NCBI GenBank assembly: GCA_036834845.1
Contig: DAITNB010000008.1
Coordinates: forward strand, 34,849-98,848
Source of the DNA: a bacterium
Lineage (GTDB): Bacteria; Bacteroidota; Ignavibacteria; Kapaibacteriales; Kapaibacteriaceae
Direction: 5' to 3'
DNA: 64,000 nt
Part shown: in pieces, positions 19,609-30,086 of the stretch
Layout of the letters: every line of letters starts with the position of its first letter
Numbering within the stretch: the stretch's first letter is position 1
Notes under the pieces: model-generated
What the model saw: only the letters and a program-made list of their open reading frames with translations
Database searches by the model: none
What the model was told of the DNA's origin: nothing
Made by a program: the position numbers and the translations under genes

Positions 19609-21111
19609 GTGAAAGTTGTTGTTATCGGCAGTGGATTTGGTGGGCTAACGGCCGCTATACGCTTACGCGCCAAGGGCTTCGACGTAGAAATTGTTGAGAA
19701 GCGCGATAAACCGGGCGGCAGGGCCTATGTGTACGAACAGGATGGATTTGTTTTCGATGGTGGTCCAACCATCATCACAGCGCCGTGGCTTATCCACGAC
19801 CTGTTTTCCCTGGTTGGCAAACGCACGGAAGACTATGTGAAACTTGTGCCAATAGACCCATTCTACAACGTGCGATTCCAAGACGGATCCGTGTTCCGCT
19901 ACAATGGAGACAAGGCATCAGTTCTCGACCAAATACGATCCTTCGAACCTCGCGACGTAATCGGATACGAGAAGTTCTTTGGCGAAACGGCAGACATTTT
20001 TCGTGCGGGCTTTAATCTGATAGATCAGCCGTTCTCGCGTGTAACAGACATGCTGAAGGTGCTCCCAGAGCTTATTCGCTTACGGTCGGACCGCAGCGTA
20101 GCCACCTTTGTTAATCGCCATATCAAGGATCCACGTCTACAGCAAGTGTTCTCTTTTCACCCCCTGCTTGTTGGCGGCAACCCATTCCAAACAACAAGCA
20201 TCTACGCTCTTATTCACAAGCTAGAGCAGGAATGGGGCGTGTGGTTCGCCATGGGTGGAACAGGTGCATTAGTGCGTGCCCTGGTGAAGCTTTATACAGA
20301 CATCGGTGGTACCATTCGACTCAATAGCGAGGTACAAGAGATTCTTGTTCGCAATAACAACGGCACACCGCAGGCCTATGGCATTCGGCTGACCGGGGGC
20401 GAGGAAGTAGCGGCAGACGTTGTTGTATGTAATGGCGATGTGGCACAGAGCTATATGAGTTTGGTTCCGGCACGATATCGAAAGAAAAACACCGACAAAC
20501 ACATCACCGGAATGCGGTACTCCATGTCTCTATTCGTGATGTACTTTGGAACTAATCGTACATACGAGAACATGACTCATCACGAAATCCTGATGGGTCC
20601 GCGCTACAAACATCTTGTAGAAGACATTTTCACGAAGAAACATCTTGCCGACGATTTTTCACTCTATCTACACAGACCAACGGCTACAGACCCTTCGTTG
20701 GCGCCGGCAGGGTGCGACTCTTGGTACGTGCTTTCTCCTGTTCCGCATCTTGCTTCGGGAACAGACTGGAACGTGATGCGGCAAGAGTATCGAAACAAGA
20801 TTGTTGCCGAACTCGAAAACAGGTACATGCCGGAGTTGTCTCGGCACATCGTAACAGAACACATCATCGACCCGCTACACTTCCGCGACACTCTTAACTC
20901 GCATCTCGGTAGTGCCTTCTCTGTAGAACCCATCTTAACACAGAGTGCATGGTGGCGACCCCACAACCGCAGCGAAGATGTTGCCGGGCTCTACTTTGTA
21001 GGTGCCGGTACACATCCTGGAGCAGGGCTGCCCGGCGTAATGAGTTCCGGAACAATTGCCTCGCGACTCATTGCGCAAGACGTGGTTACTCGGTACGTAC
21101 ATCACGGGTAA
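19609..21111 (+). CDS. crtI: Phytoene desaturase
   Basis: VIGSGFGGL, GGRAYVY..DGFVFDGGPTIIT, FSFHPLLVGGNPF, SMSLFVMYFG, DDFSLYLHRP, GSAFSVEPILTQSAWWRPHN, VGAGTHPGAGLPGV. Confidence 0.92.
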   Translation: MKVVVIGSGFGGLTAAIRLRAKGFDVEIVEKRDKPGGRAYVYEQDGFVFDGGPTIITAPWLIHDLFSLVGKRTEDYVKLVPIDPFYNVRFQDGSVFRYNGDKASVLDQIRSFEPRDVIGYEKFFGETADIFRAGFNLIDQPFSRVTDMLKVLPELIRLRSDRSVATFVNRHIKDPRLQQVFSFHPLLVGGNPFQTTSIYALIHKLEQEWGVWFAMGGTGALVRALVKLYTDIGGTIRLNSEVQEILVRNNNGTPQAYGIRLTGGEEVAADVVVCNGDVAQSYMSLVPARYRKKNTDKHITGMRYSMSLFVMYFGTNRTYENMTHHEILMGPRYKHLVEDIFTKKHLADDFSLYLHRPTATDPSLAPAGCDSWYVLSPVPHLASGTDWNVMRQEYRNKIVAELENRYMPELSRHIVTEHIIDPLHFRDTLNSHLGSAFSVEPILTQSAWWRPHNRSEDVAGLYFVGAGTHPGAGLPGVMSSGTIASRLIAQDVVTRYVHHG

Positions 21112-22075
21112 CCCACTCGTCTGCCGGTGCGTTGGAGCCACGCAGCGGAATCATGGTGCCGCGAATAGCTGCCCCCTGCCGGCGAAGCGTTAGGAAGTGA
21201 AAGGGGCGAATAGTGCCGCCGTTATAGAGATCGGGCTCTGCGCGCGGGTCTGTGTGTTCGCGCAATAGTTGTCGAGGTCCACCACCGCCACCTGATACAA
21301 CGAAAGTAATGTTGTTCACCAGGAAACGTTCGTAGGCATGACAGTGCCCACTTAGCCAAAGACGGGCTTTGCGGGAGCGCTCGGCAACCGGAACAAAATA
21401 TCGCAGCAGAATTTTCTCCGGTGGCACCGTGCGCGAATTGGTATGGGGCGGATGATGTCCGCATACCACAATACATCGCACAGAGTCGGCACCGTCGTAC
21501 CGCCGAACCATGGTCTTAAACCAACGAAGTTGATACACAGCCGAGTCTGCATCGTATTCGTCGAAATTCGTATCGAGCATGATGTAAGCAACAGAGTCTA
21601 TCACCACGGTATAGTAGCGATGGTTCATGCCGGGGAATCGCGCACGAACATGTTCACGCATCCGTGAGTTGTTGCCAAAGTATTCGTGATTGCCCAACAT
21701 AGGAAACACTGGTATCGATGCTTTTCGGACGGGCTCCATTATCCTGTCGAAAAATGCCCAGTCGTCGTTGTCATCACCACGAAACACTTGGTCTCCAAGC
21801 ACAACTAAGGCCTGCGGCTGTGTGCGCGCAAGTTGTTGCACAAGATCGCCATGTATGGTGTTTCGTTCGCGCCACACCTCCATAGTGCCGGTGCGTTGTT
21901 GATCACCCAACACTGCTACAACTGGAGACGGCGTGTTGGGAGGTGCTGCGCGATACTGTTCGGTGGGTGCAATGGCACTGTGGCACCCTGCCACTACCAC
22001 CAGCACAACAACTGCGCTTCGTAGGGCCGACCATACCGGAAATGTTGCGCCCATGGAGGTTGCTAATTGCACCAC
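21086..22075 (-). CDS. Secreted/lipoprotein calcineurin-like metallophosphoesterase (PAP-like)
   Basis: GDQQ, LGDQV, GNHE, GHHPP, SGHCHAYER motifs; N-terminal hydrophobic stretch ending VAG-C. Start may be ATG 22054. Confidence 0.82.
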   Translation of the reverse strand: MVQLATSMGATFPVWSALRSAVVVLVVVAGCHSAIAPTEQYRAAPPNTPSPVVAVLGDQQRTGTMEVWRERNTIHGDLVQQLARTQPQALVVLGDQVFRGDDNDDWAFFDRIMEPVRKASIPVFPMLGNHEYFGNNSRMREHVRARFPGMNHRYYTVVIDSVAYIMLDTNFDEYDADSAVYQLRWFKTMVRRYDGADSVRCIVVCGHHPPHTNSRTVPPEKILLRYFVPVAERSRKARLWLSGHCHAYERFLVNNITFVVSGGGGGPRQLLREHTDPRAEPDLYNGGTIRPFHFLTLRRQGAAIRGTMIPLRGSNAPADEWVTRDVRTE

Positions 22076-22737
22076 ACAGACTCAAAAACCAGCCAAGACA
22101 ACACAATAACAATTCCGGAATGACTTAGCATTAGCAGCCAATCGGGCGTGATCTCCGCCATGGCTATACCTGCAAGAGACGATATCATTGCACCAACACC
22201 GGGCATGATTACGGGTAGTAGTACGGGGAAGGACAACACCGGCAGCAACACGTTCCGTGCGCCGGCCTTTGCTACGATTGCCGATGTGATGGTTACCACT
22301 GAGGCTAAACCAATACTCCCCACAACAGTGGTTGTGAGAAACGCCACCGGATTCTCTACAACAACCCTCTGCATAAACAGCAGGAACAACGCAGAAACGA
22401 GCAGGTTCGAAACAACCGCAAACACAACGTTACCGGCGAGTTTCCCCCAATACACAGCTCCGGGATGCGCAGTCATTCGTAAATACAGCGAGGTACCTCG
22501 CTCTTCTTCGCTTACAAAGCCCCTTGCCAGTCCGGTAATAGCCGTAAAAAACATTACCACCCACATAACGGCTGCAACGATCGGACGTGGCATCTCTTCG
22601 TCTGCAGAGGCAAACGCGATAAGCGATACTGCTGTTACAACAAAAAGTGCCGTTGCTGTTATCCCAAATCGTGTGCGCAATTCACTGCGCATGTCCTTGG
22701 CCATAACGGCCACCCACGTGGTGCGTAGTGTTACCAC
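22063..22737 (-). CDS. ccmB: Heme exporter / cytochrome c maturation protein CcmB
   Basis: KDMRSELRTR, F.SEEERGT, V..GKL, LLPVLSFPVLLPVI; 6 TM. Confidence 0.85.
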   Translation of the reverse strand: MVTLRTTWVAVMAKDMRSELRTRFGITATALFVVTAVSLIAFASADEEMPRPIVAAVMWVVMFFTAITGLARGFVSEEERGTSLYLRMTAHPGAVYWGKLAGNVVFAVVSNLLVSALFLLFMQRVVVENPVAFLTTTVVGSIGLASVVTITSAIVAKAGARNVLLPVLSFPVLLPVIMPGVGAMISSLAGIAMAEITPDWLLMLSHSGIVIVLSWLVFESVWCN

Positions 22738-25088
22738 CTCACCCGAGCACCAACGTTAATACCAAGCCGTTGCGTGGTCCACGGACCATCTCCAACAAGG
22801 TTGCCAAACCACGCTGTGTACATGGTTTCTACAAACACAGATGTGCGAAACGTTACCGGATACGAGAACCCTAATCCGCCATAGTAGCCGAAGGAGGTGC
22901 TATTTAAGCTTGTAAGTGTTGTTTGATCTACGGGCTGGGTAGTTCCGCCACCAGGATACACTGCCGAGGCCGGACTCATGATAACTCGTTGCACATCTAC
23001 GTTGGAGCCAATCATCATGCTTAGCTGCAGTCCGGTGGTTAGATAGAAGTACCGATGAGGGAACCACTCGATGCCTGCCCCAAGATGGATAAGGGGCGAG
23101 GTAATGGTAAACATGGTTCCTTCTTGGTACGGCACGTATGCTCCGGAGAGTGTGTCGTACCTAGAGCCAAACGTAGAGTCTGGCGCAGTGAACGAACCAC
23201 CTACTGTGGTAAAACCAAGCCGTCCGGCTACAACAAGATCTTGAGTAAGCCTACGTGCGAGAAGTACTCCACCACCCCAATACGTGCCCTGATATTGCGC
23301 CGTAAAGAGTCCACGCGCCGAAGGCATATCAGGAAGAGCCATGTTTACATCATGGAACATGGAGCCAATTCCCCAGAATGCACCTGCCATCCATGCACCC
23401 TCTGCTTCGCACATCACGTCTGTGCCTTCGGAGAGTAGGTACATATATCGTTCGCTGCGGCTATCGAACACATGGCATACGGTAAACGTGCTTACGTTTC
23501 CGGCGGCGTCTTCGGCACGAAGCATGATACGTCCGGCCGATCCGGCAGATGTTTGACGTATGCGTACGGAGGCCTGTGGAGCCCCCTCTTCAATCTTGGG
23601 TATCTGTGCCTCGAGTCCGGCAGAGGTAAGCACTTTAATACTCCGCAGACCTTTGTCCATTGGACGATCGTCTCGGAACGTCACCACAAAATCGTCGCGC
23701 ACCGCCTTGCCGTCTGCCTGTGGAGGCAAGGAGTCTACAAGTTTGTTGAGTTCGAGAAAGGATTGCCCCGCCATGTTGCCGTATGCGTCGTAGGCATCGG
23801 CCCTATACCCAAAGCCATAGGAGTATAGCCCAAACGGTGTTTCGGATTTGATGGAGTGCGAACCAAATGGTATGGGCACCTGCGCTATAGAATACCGGCT
23901 TTCGCCCAGCACAACAAAGAGCGAAGAGTCCACGCGCTTTCCGTTAAGGCGTATCTGACCAATTGCGTTCGTTGGCGAAACCAGATTGATGTAGTGATGC
24001 CAATCTCCGCTAATCGGCGTGGCAATGCGGTAGTCCTTGAGAAACTGCTGCGTAGGGCTAACAAGGATCATCATCGGATCGCCTACGCTGTCTCCGTTTT
24101 TAAAACCTTGGGCAAACTGAGCAACAAGTACAGGTTTATCTGCGGTTACCTGCACATGCCGGCTTACGTTGAGGTTCTCGTAAAACTCTCCGGCCTTCAT
24201 CACGGCAACAAGCCTTGAATCTTCAAAAACCTTGGTATCGTTTTCGGCTGCTATAACCCGGAAGGTATAACGCGACCGTTCTTTGAGCATACCAAGGTAG
24301 TAGTGTTTTCCCCATGCAGACATTGGAGGAATCTGCTCGATAAGGTGATTACATGCTTCAACCTTTGGTGGAACGTAGGTGCAGTTATGTCCACTAAACA
24401 CCGACACTTTTTTATTCGCCGTTACGAGTGATCCCGTAAGGTCGCACGTGCCAATACTCTCGTACTTGGCAGATACGGTGTAAACGTCGCCTTTGCGAAG
24501 CCGTACCGTAAACGGCGTACGTGCCGGGCGTCCGGTAGAGGTAACCACACTTGGAGTTATCGTTACCTCGGTGTTGTCTTCTGTGGCAACAACAGACAGG
24601 GCAGAAACAAGATCGGCAGAGAGTTTTGTGTAACCAATCACTCTGTACTCTGTTCCGAGCACACTTATTGGAAGACCGAGGAATGTATCGGTGGTTTGAA
24701 AACGACTATTGAGTCCGTACACAGAAATGGCAGTATCTGCGGTTACGTGGATTGCCAAACGTTCGGGCGACTCATTCAAGCGCAACTGAGCGCGCGCCGG
24801 CAGTTGCACGGGCACTACAGAGTTGGCCTTGATGGTGATTGTGTTGTCGTATTGCAACTCTTCAATAGTAATGCGCACCGTTGCATCGTAACTGCTGGTG
24901 ATGAATAGCTGCAGCCGGAGTTGATCCTGACGACTGTTACCTTCCTTCTGACCCGCCTCACGAAAGTTCTTCATGAAACATAGCCAGAACTCTCGTCCTT
25001 CGGAGTTCTTTGTTACGAACTCGGGATCTCTCGAATACACATTCGATGCAGCTACCAGCACCATCATGGCCGCCAAAAGTGCTCTCAC
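22731..25088 (-). CDS. IgGFc-binding domain protein fused to a C-terminal outer-membrane beta-barrel
   Basis: NSEGREFWLCFMKN, TDTFLGLPISVLGTEY, DLTGSLVTANKKVSVFSGH, LIEQIPP..AWGK, GDPMMILVSP. The C-terminal part (about 230 aa) has amphipathic strands ending LGINVGARVRW; no T9SS CTD. Confidence 0.78.
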   Translation of the reverse strand: MRALLAAMMVLVAASNVYSRDPEFVTKNSEGREFWLCFMKNFREAGQKEGNSRQDQLRLQLFITSSYDATVRITIEELQYDNTITIKANSVVPVQLPARAQLRLNESPERLAIHVTADTAISVYGLNSRFQTTDTFLGLPISVLGTEYRVIGYTKLSADLVSALSVVATEDNTEVTITPSVVTSTGRPARTPFTVRLRKGDVYTVSAKYESIGTCDLTGSLVTANKKVSVFSGHNCTYVPPKVEACNHLIEQIPPMSAWGKHYYLGMLKERSRYTFRVIAAENDTKVFEDSRLVAVMKAGEFYENLNVSRHVQVTADKPVLVAQFAQGFKNGDSVGDPMMILVSPTQQFLKDYRIATPISGDWHHYINLVSPTNAIGQIRLNGKRVDSSLFVVLGESRYSIAQVPIPFGSHSIKSETPFGLYSYGFGYRADAYDAYGNMAGQSFLELNKLVDSLPPQADGKAVRDDFVVTFRDDRPMDKGLRSIKVLTSAGLEAQIPKIEEGAPQASVRIRQTSAGSAGRIMLRAEDAAGNVSTFTVCHVFDSRSERYMYLLSEGTDVMCEAEGAWMAGAFWGIGSMFHDVNMALPDMPSARGLFTAQYQGTYWGGGVLLARRLTQDLVVAGRLGFTTVGGSFTAPDSTFGSRYDTLSGAYVPYQEGTMFTITSPLIHLGAGIEWFPHRYFYLTTGLQLSMMIGSNVDVQRVIMSPASAVYPGGGTTQPVDQTTLTSLNSTSFGYYGGLGFSYPVTFRTSVFVETMYTAWFGNLVGDGPWTTQRLGINVGARVRW

Positions 25089-25846
25089 TTCATCACCGTA
25101 ACAGGATGGTAGTACGTTCCACTATCGGTAACAAGACGCAAGATGTAGGCGCCACCGCTAACGTTCCACGCTATAATTTCAACGTCGAAGCTGTTCTCTC
25201 CGGCCACGGCCACGAAGGGCGGATACTCTTCAACCAAACGCCCCTGCGTGGTTAGCATACTTACCCGCACCGTACCAGCGCTAACAACGGAAAAACGGAG
25301 TTTTGTTGTAGATCGAAACGGATTGGGGTAATTGCCCGAAATACCCTGCCACGGCTGCGCGGCACCAAGGTTGCCCCCAGTTCGAAACACAAACCCCGGT
25401 TCAGAAACTAACCCTTGCTGTGGCACACCGTTGATGGATAACGACGTTACAGAAATTTGTCCCACTGTGTCTGCACCTGCCGCGCCCTCGATAAGCAGCT
25501 CCGCCAGGGTGTCGGTGGTTACGCTCACGCCAAAGGCACACCGAATTGTAATCTGGCGTTCGTTGTATGCTACAGAAACGTCGGAGAGTACCTCAGGCAC
25601 ATCACACAACAGGGCGTACGAACTTTTTCCGCGTACCGAGAGCAATCGCATTACAAGGGGGTTGTAGGATATCACCATGGTGATGTCGCCACCGGTACTC
25701 ACGGTTCCTGTTACATACACGGTAGAGCGTTCTCCCAAAACCACATTCGTTGCGGGAGTTACCGCTACGGCGTCTGCGCACAACGCCCGTATCCCACCCA
25801 AGAAGAGTGTGATCAGCGCAACTATTACGGGGCGATTGAGGAACAT
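25085..25846 (-). CDS. Cohesin-like domain protein with T9SS C-terminal domain
   Basis: Signal peptide from ATG 25846 (ORF to 25894); DITMVISYNPLVMRLLSV and LAELLIEG cohesin-like pattern; GNYPNPFRSTT...YHPVTVMK CTD. Confidence 0.68.
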   Translation of the reverse strand: MFLNRPVIVALITLFLGGIRALCADAVAVTPATNVVLGERSTVYVTGTVSTGGDITMVISYNPLVMRLLSVRGKSSYALLCDVPEVLSDVSVAYNERQITIRCAFGVSVTTDTLAELLIEGAAGADTVGQISVTSLSINGVPQQGLVSEPGFVFRTGGNLGAAQPWQGISGNYPNPFRSTTKLRFSVVSAGTVRVSMLTTQGRLVEEYPPFVAVAGENSFDVEIIAWNVSGGAYILRLVTDSGTYYHPVTVMK

Positions 25847-25874
25847 GAACGGCAAATATACCACCGTGTGGCTG

Positions 25875-27836
25875 CTAGTATTCTTGCGAAACAATCACCT
25901 CGTAGCCGGTTTCGGCTCTACCAACTACAACAAACGAGTAGTTATTGCCCATGGGTGCTATCTGCATTGGTAGCGTATAGAGTTTTTCAAGAGTAGCCGC
26001 GTTGTAGAAGTAGTACGTTCCTCTGCGATTTAAATCGCTCACAGAAACAGGAGAAACGCCACCATAGGCAACACCAACTGCCAAGTGATCGCCTTCGCCG
26101 CTTACTGTGGGAATAGAGTCTACGCTCGCCGAAACCACGGCCACATCCTCCGTGGCATTAATCACTCTTCGTTTTGTTAGGCCCATCTGTGGGATAAGGG
26201 GCGGTGTGGTTATCTGCAGCAATTGTGGCTGCGAATTACCTTCGGCGTACACAGCCAATGTGCGTTCACCAGACCGAGTGGTAAGGAATCCGGAGGCATT
26301 TCCAACAACATACGGAATGGATCCAACGGGAAGAGTAGTGGCAATACTGTTGCCATAGAATAGTGTTCCAGACGGCAGAACAGCACCAACTTGCAACGGC
26401 ACGGAGGGTTGCCTGCTAGAGCCGTTCATAACCTTCACAAAAACGCCTTCGTCGAGAGGTGTTAGTGATGTTGAAGAGGTTTCCTGCTCCAAAAGAGCGG
26501 CATTAACCTTTCCGTCCTTCGTATACACCACAAGGTCGTACGTTTTATCGGCTTCTACCACTGCCCGCGCTACGTCTATGATGGTTGTGGGGGTGGTGGA
26601 TGTGGTAACAGAGAGTGGTAACAAGCCAGGTGCAACGGCGGTAGGCTCGGATGTGCTGCCAAATGCTATGTTTCTAGCAATGGAGTAGCCGGCCGCGATT
26701 CCATTCTGAGCGGTTGCGTCTGACCTGGCACCGAGAGACACAACTACCGGACCCGCCGTAGAGGAAACATTCACAACGCGCACAACGGCCTTGCCCACAG
26801 ATCCAAACGGACGTTGAATTGTTGGGGTAATAATCATGCGGGCACTACCTGCGGAATCGGCGGTATACACAGTAAATTTTCCGCGTACAGCCAACGACGT
26901 AGAGTCTTCCGCATTACGTCCGTCTGCATACAACGCTCGGAACACATCTGCCCGGTCCGACTCGCATGTTACCGCCGTAGATGCAGCACTCACCGTCATC
27001 GTGCCAAGCCCCTTAGCCAATACCTTTCCGGAACTTGCCAGAACAACATCAACAGAAGTATTGGCAATGTTCACTACTCGAAGGTCGGCTGTTCGCTCTA
27101 CAACGGGTACAAATGCGCGTTCTGCGTTGCTTGTTAGGTCGGACTCTTGAATGAAGAGCAGTTGAGCTTTGTCGGAAGCGGCATCGCGGTACACAATAAC
27201 GCTGTAGGGTACTCGCTCGGACAAAACTGCTTGATAAGTTCCAAGCACGGTTTGCACACCGGATCGGTTTTCGAGAATGGAGAATACCTGAAGTCCGGGA
27301 AACACCTCGCTATACAGCGAGGCCACACCGAACGGAACCACGCCCCGTGTGAGAACCCCACCATTTGGACATCCCAGCCGAATCTCGAAGGTGCGTGATG
27401 TATCGGGTATAAGATTCACGAGGCGAACCTGGGCAACCGGCAGAGTGGTTAATGCCGCATTTGCATTGGTAATAAGTACACTATCCAGCACCGTTGGCTC
27501 TCCCAACTTGGACAGTGTAAACACATCGTACACAGCGTTGGGGGCAAATCGCACCCGCTGCTCGCTGCGGAATTCTGTTACACCGCCACGCACTACTTCC
27601 ACAAAACTGGAGTCGCCGGGAGACCGCACAGAGTCCGAAAACGTCAACGAAGGAACATCCTTGCTTTGATATCCATAATCTAAGAGCATCCGCCGAGACT
27701 GCCCATCGGGTACCATATTAAACAACCTCACCGCTATTGGTCTACTGCCGAGCGGTGGGTTAACAATGGACGGATCTTCGCTGGCACAACCAGCAAAAAG
27801 AACCGAAAAGAGCAGAACAATCTGGTAAAAGCGCAT
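25875..27836 (-). CDS. DUF4397 repeat lipoprotein
   Basis: LFAG-C lipobox; six repeats starting [48 protein letters not shown]; ends YSFVVVG. Start ATG 27836. Confidence 0.75.
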   Translation of the reverse strand: MRFYQIVLLFSVLFAGCASEDPSIVNPPLGSRPIAVRLFNMVPDGQSRRMLLDYGYQSKDVPSLTFSDSVRSPGDSSFVEVVRGGVTEFRSEQRVRFAPNAVYDVFTLSKLGEPTVLDSVLITNANAALTTLPVAQVRLVNLIPDTSRTFEIRLGCPNGGVLTRGVVPFGVASLYSEVFPGLQVFSILENRSGVQTVLGTYQAVLSERVPYSVIVYRDAASDKAQLLFIQESDLTSNAERAFVPVVERTADLRVVNIANTSVDVVLASSGKVLAKGLGTMTVSAASTAVTCESDRADVFRALYADGRNAEDSTSLAVRGKFTVYTADSAGSARMIITPTIQRPFGSVGKAVVRVVNVSSTAGPVVVSLGARSDATAQNGIAAGYSIARNIAFGSTSEPTAVAPGLLPLSVTTSTTPTTIIDVARAVVEADKTYDLVVYTKDGKVNAALLEQETSSTSLTPLDEGVFVKVMNGSSRQPSVPLQVGAVLPSGTLFYGNSIATTLPVGSIPYVVGNASGFLTTRSGERTLAVYAEGNSQPQLLQITTPPLIPQMGLTKRRVINATEDVAVVSASVDSIPTVSGEGDHLAVGVAYGGVSPVSVSDLNRRGTYYFYNAATLEKLYTLPMQIAPMGNNYSFVVVGRAETGYEVIVSQEY

Positions 27837-27872
27837 AAGCAAGAGAGATACGAACGGCAAGTTGCGATATTT

Positions 27873-28937
27873 TTGTTCGTGGAAGAACGCCTCAATGCCC
27901 TGCTCGACCGTTTTGCAGAAGTAGAACAGTCCTTAAACGACCCCGCCGTGGTTGGCGATCCTCATAAGCTCCGGAACGCCTCACGGGAGTATAAAAGCTT
28001 GGAGTCTGTAGTAGCGGCGGCCCGCTCCTACCTAGATGTGGTGCACCAGATTGCCCAGAACGAAGCGCTCATAGCAGACGGGAGCACCGATGCAGACCTG
28101 CGGGATATGGCCTATGAGGATATTGCCGAGCTTCAGCAACGGAGAGAGCAAATACAGTTGGAACTGGAAGTTTTGCTTGTTCCAAAGGACCCTGCCGACC
28201 TAAAAAACTGCATCATGGAGTTGCGCGCAGGCACCGGCGGAGACGAGGCCGCAATTTTTGTGGGCGACCTATTCCGTATGTACCAACGCTATTGCGAGCG
28301 GCGCGGCTGGTCCGTAGACGTGATGGACACAACAGAAAGCGAGCGAGGGGGCTTCAAAGAAATCATCTTCGACGTAATTGGAGACGAGGCCTACGGCACC
28401 CTGAAGTACGAAAGTGGTGTGCACCGCGTGCAACGCGTTCCCGAAACCGAAGCCCAGGGCAGAATTCACACCTCTGCTGCCACCGTGGCCGTAATGCCCG
28501 AGGCAGAAGAAGTAGACGTGCAGATCAACGAGTCGGACCTTCGTATCGACATCTTCCGTTCCGGTGGTAAGGGGGGGCAGAACGTTAACAAAGTAGAAAC
28601 CGCCGTTCGCATTGTGCACAACCCCACAGGTATCGTTGTTCAGTGCCAGGACGAACGTTCGCAGCTAAAGAACAAGGACAAAGCAATGAAGGTGCTCCGC
28701 TCCCGCCTGTACGATTTAGAGCTGGAGCGCCAACGATCTGCACTTGCTGCCGAACGCAAAAGCAAGGTTGGCAGTGGAGATCGATCAGAAAAAATCCGCA
28801 CCTATAACTGGCCACAAAACCGTGTAACAGATCACAGGTTAGAGGGAGAAAACAAGAACCACCCCCTTCAATCCGTGGTAGATGGAGACCTCGACCCAAT
28901 AATCCGCGCCCTCCGTGTAGTGGGCTCCGAGCTGTAG
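27873..28937 (+). CDS. prfA: Peptide chain release factor 1
   Basis: [32 protein letters not shown] (PxT anticodon motif), [26 protein letters not shown]. Confidence 0.96.
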   Translation: MFVEERLNALLDRFAEVEQSLNDPAVVGDPHKLRNASREYKSLESVVAAARSYLDVVHQIAQNEALIADGSTDADLRDMAYEDIAELQQRREQIQLELEVLLVPKDPADLKNCIMELRAGTGGDEAAIFVGDLFRMYQRYCERRGWSVDVMDTTESERGGFKEIIFDVIGDEAYGTLKYESGVHRVQRVPETEAQGRIHTSAATVAVMPEAEEVDVQINESDLRIDIFRSGGKGGQNVNKVETAVRIVHNPTGIVVQCQDERSQLKNKDKAMKVLRSRLYDLELERQRSALAAERKSKVGSGDRSEKIRTYNWPQNRVTDHRLEGENKNHPLQSVVDGDLDPIIRALRVVGSEL

Positions 28938-28967
28938 CGCTCTTACCAACTTCAAATCGTTTGCATC

Positions 28968-29435
28968 ATGGGTAAACTTCTCGCCGATCGCATCAAACAA
29001 GAAAGCTTTTCCTCGCCCTTCCAGGAGGCAATGCTATCGCTCATCGTGGCTTCCGACAGACTTCTGCGCACCATGGAGGATACATGCAGTGCTTACGGCA
29101 TTACCGCCGCTCAATACAACGTATTGCGAATACTCCGTGGTGTGTATCCGGGTGGGCATCCCCGATGCGACATTATCGATCGCATGTTAACCGTTGCCCC
29201 TGATGTAACGCGTCTTATAGATCGGCTAGAAAAGCTTGAACTTGCAGAGCGCACGAAGAGTGAAGAAGATCGGCGGTTATCACTCACAAAAATCACCCAA
29301 AAAGGACTCGACCTGCTAGACCGCATGCAAAAGGACATGGACGACTTCGACAACAAACTCAAAGAATACATGTCTCTAGAAGACGCGCGCAAGCTCACCG
29401 AACTTGCCGAACAGGTGTCGCTCAGCATGCAATAA
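28968..29435 (+). CDS. MarR family transcriptional regulator
   Basis: ITAAQYNVLRIL, DVTRLIDRLEKLELAER...DRR winged helix. Confidence 0.9.
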   Translation: MGKLLADRIKQESFSSPFQEAMLSLIVASDRLLRTMEDTCSAYGITAAQYNVLRILRGVYPGGHPRCDIIDRMLTVAPDVTRLIDRLEKLELAERTKSEEDRRLSLTKITQKGLDLLDRMQKDMDDFDNKLKEYMSLEDARKLTELAEQVSLSMQ

Positions 29436-29462
29436 GCCCCCTATCACAAGAGAATACACACC

Positions 29463-30074
29463 ATGCCTTCAATTCGATTTCGACTTCTCGCTGTTGTAAC
29501 ACTTGTTGTGCCCATTATGGTGGTGGCAACCACTGCAACCTCTGATGAAGACAAGGTTGCCTCGGAGGTACTGCTGGTGCTAAACACCATGCGCACCAAC
29601 CCATCGAGTTTTATTCCGGCAATCGACCGCTACGTAACCCACGTGCGCAGCTTTACGAAGGACCCCAAGGCGCTAACGGCGGCAGCCAAGGAGATTAAGG
29701 CCATACTTAAAACGCAGAAAGCCCTCGAACCATTCAACATCCTGGGGATGTTACAACTTGCAGCGCAAGATCAAGCGGCAGACATTGCAAAAACTGGTGT
29801 GATGGGTCACATCGGGTCGGACGGTTCAAACCCAATGACGCGTGTGCAGAAGTACGGCAAAACAAACACGCTTGCAGAGTGCATTACATATGGGCACATG
29901 ACTGCGGAACTTATCGTTGCCTCATTCCTTGTAGATGAAGGCACTCCAGATAGAGGTCATCGCAAAAACCTCCTGAATTCCGAGTATACCAAGGTAGGCA
30001 TTGCAGTTGGCTCTCATCCCACCTATGCCAGGGCATGTGTTATTGTACTTAGCTCTACGCAGCCCAGCAAATGA
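29463..30074 (+). CDS. CAP (SCP-like) domain secreted protein
   Basis: Signal peptide; LNTMRTNP, MGHIGSDGS, ECITYG, GHRKNLL..EYTKVGIA. Confidence 0.85.
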   Translation: MPSIRFRLLAVVTLVVPIMVVATTATSDEDKVASEVLLVLNTMRTNPSSFIPAIDRYVTHVRSFTKDPKALTAAAKEIKAILKTQKALEPFNILGMLQLAAQDQAADIAKTGVMGHIGSDGSNPMTRVQKYGKTNTLAECITYGHMTAELIVASFLVDEGTPDRGHRKNLLNSEYTKVGIAVGSHPTYARACVIVLSSTQPSK

Positions 30075-30086
30075 TATCAGCATGCA

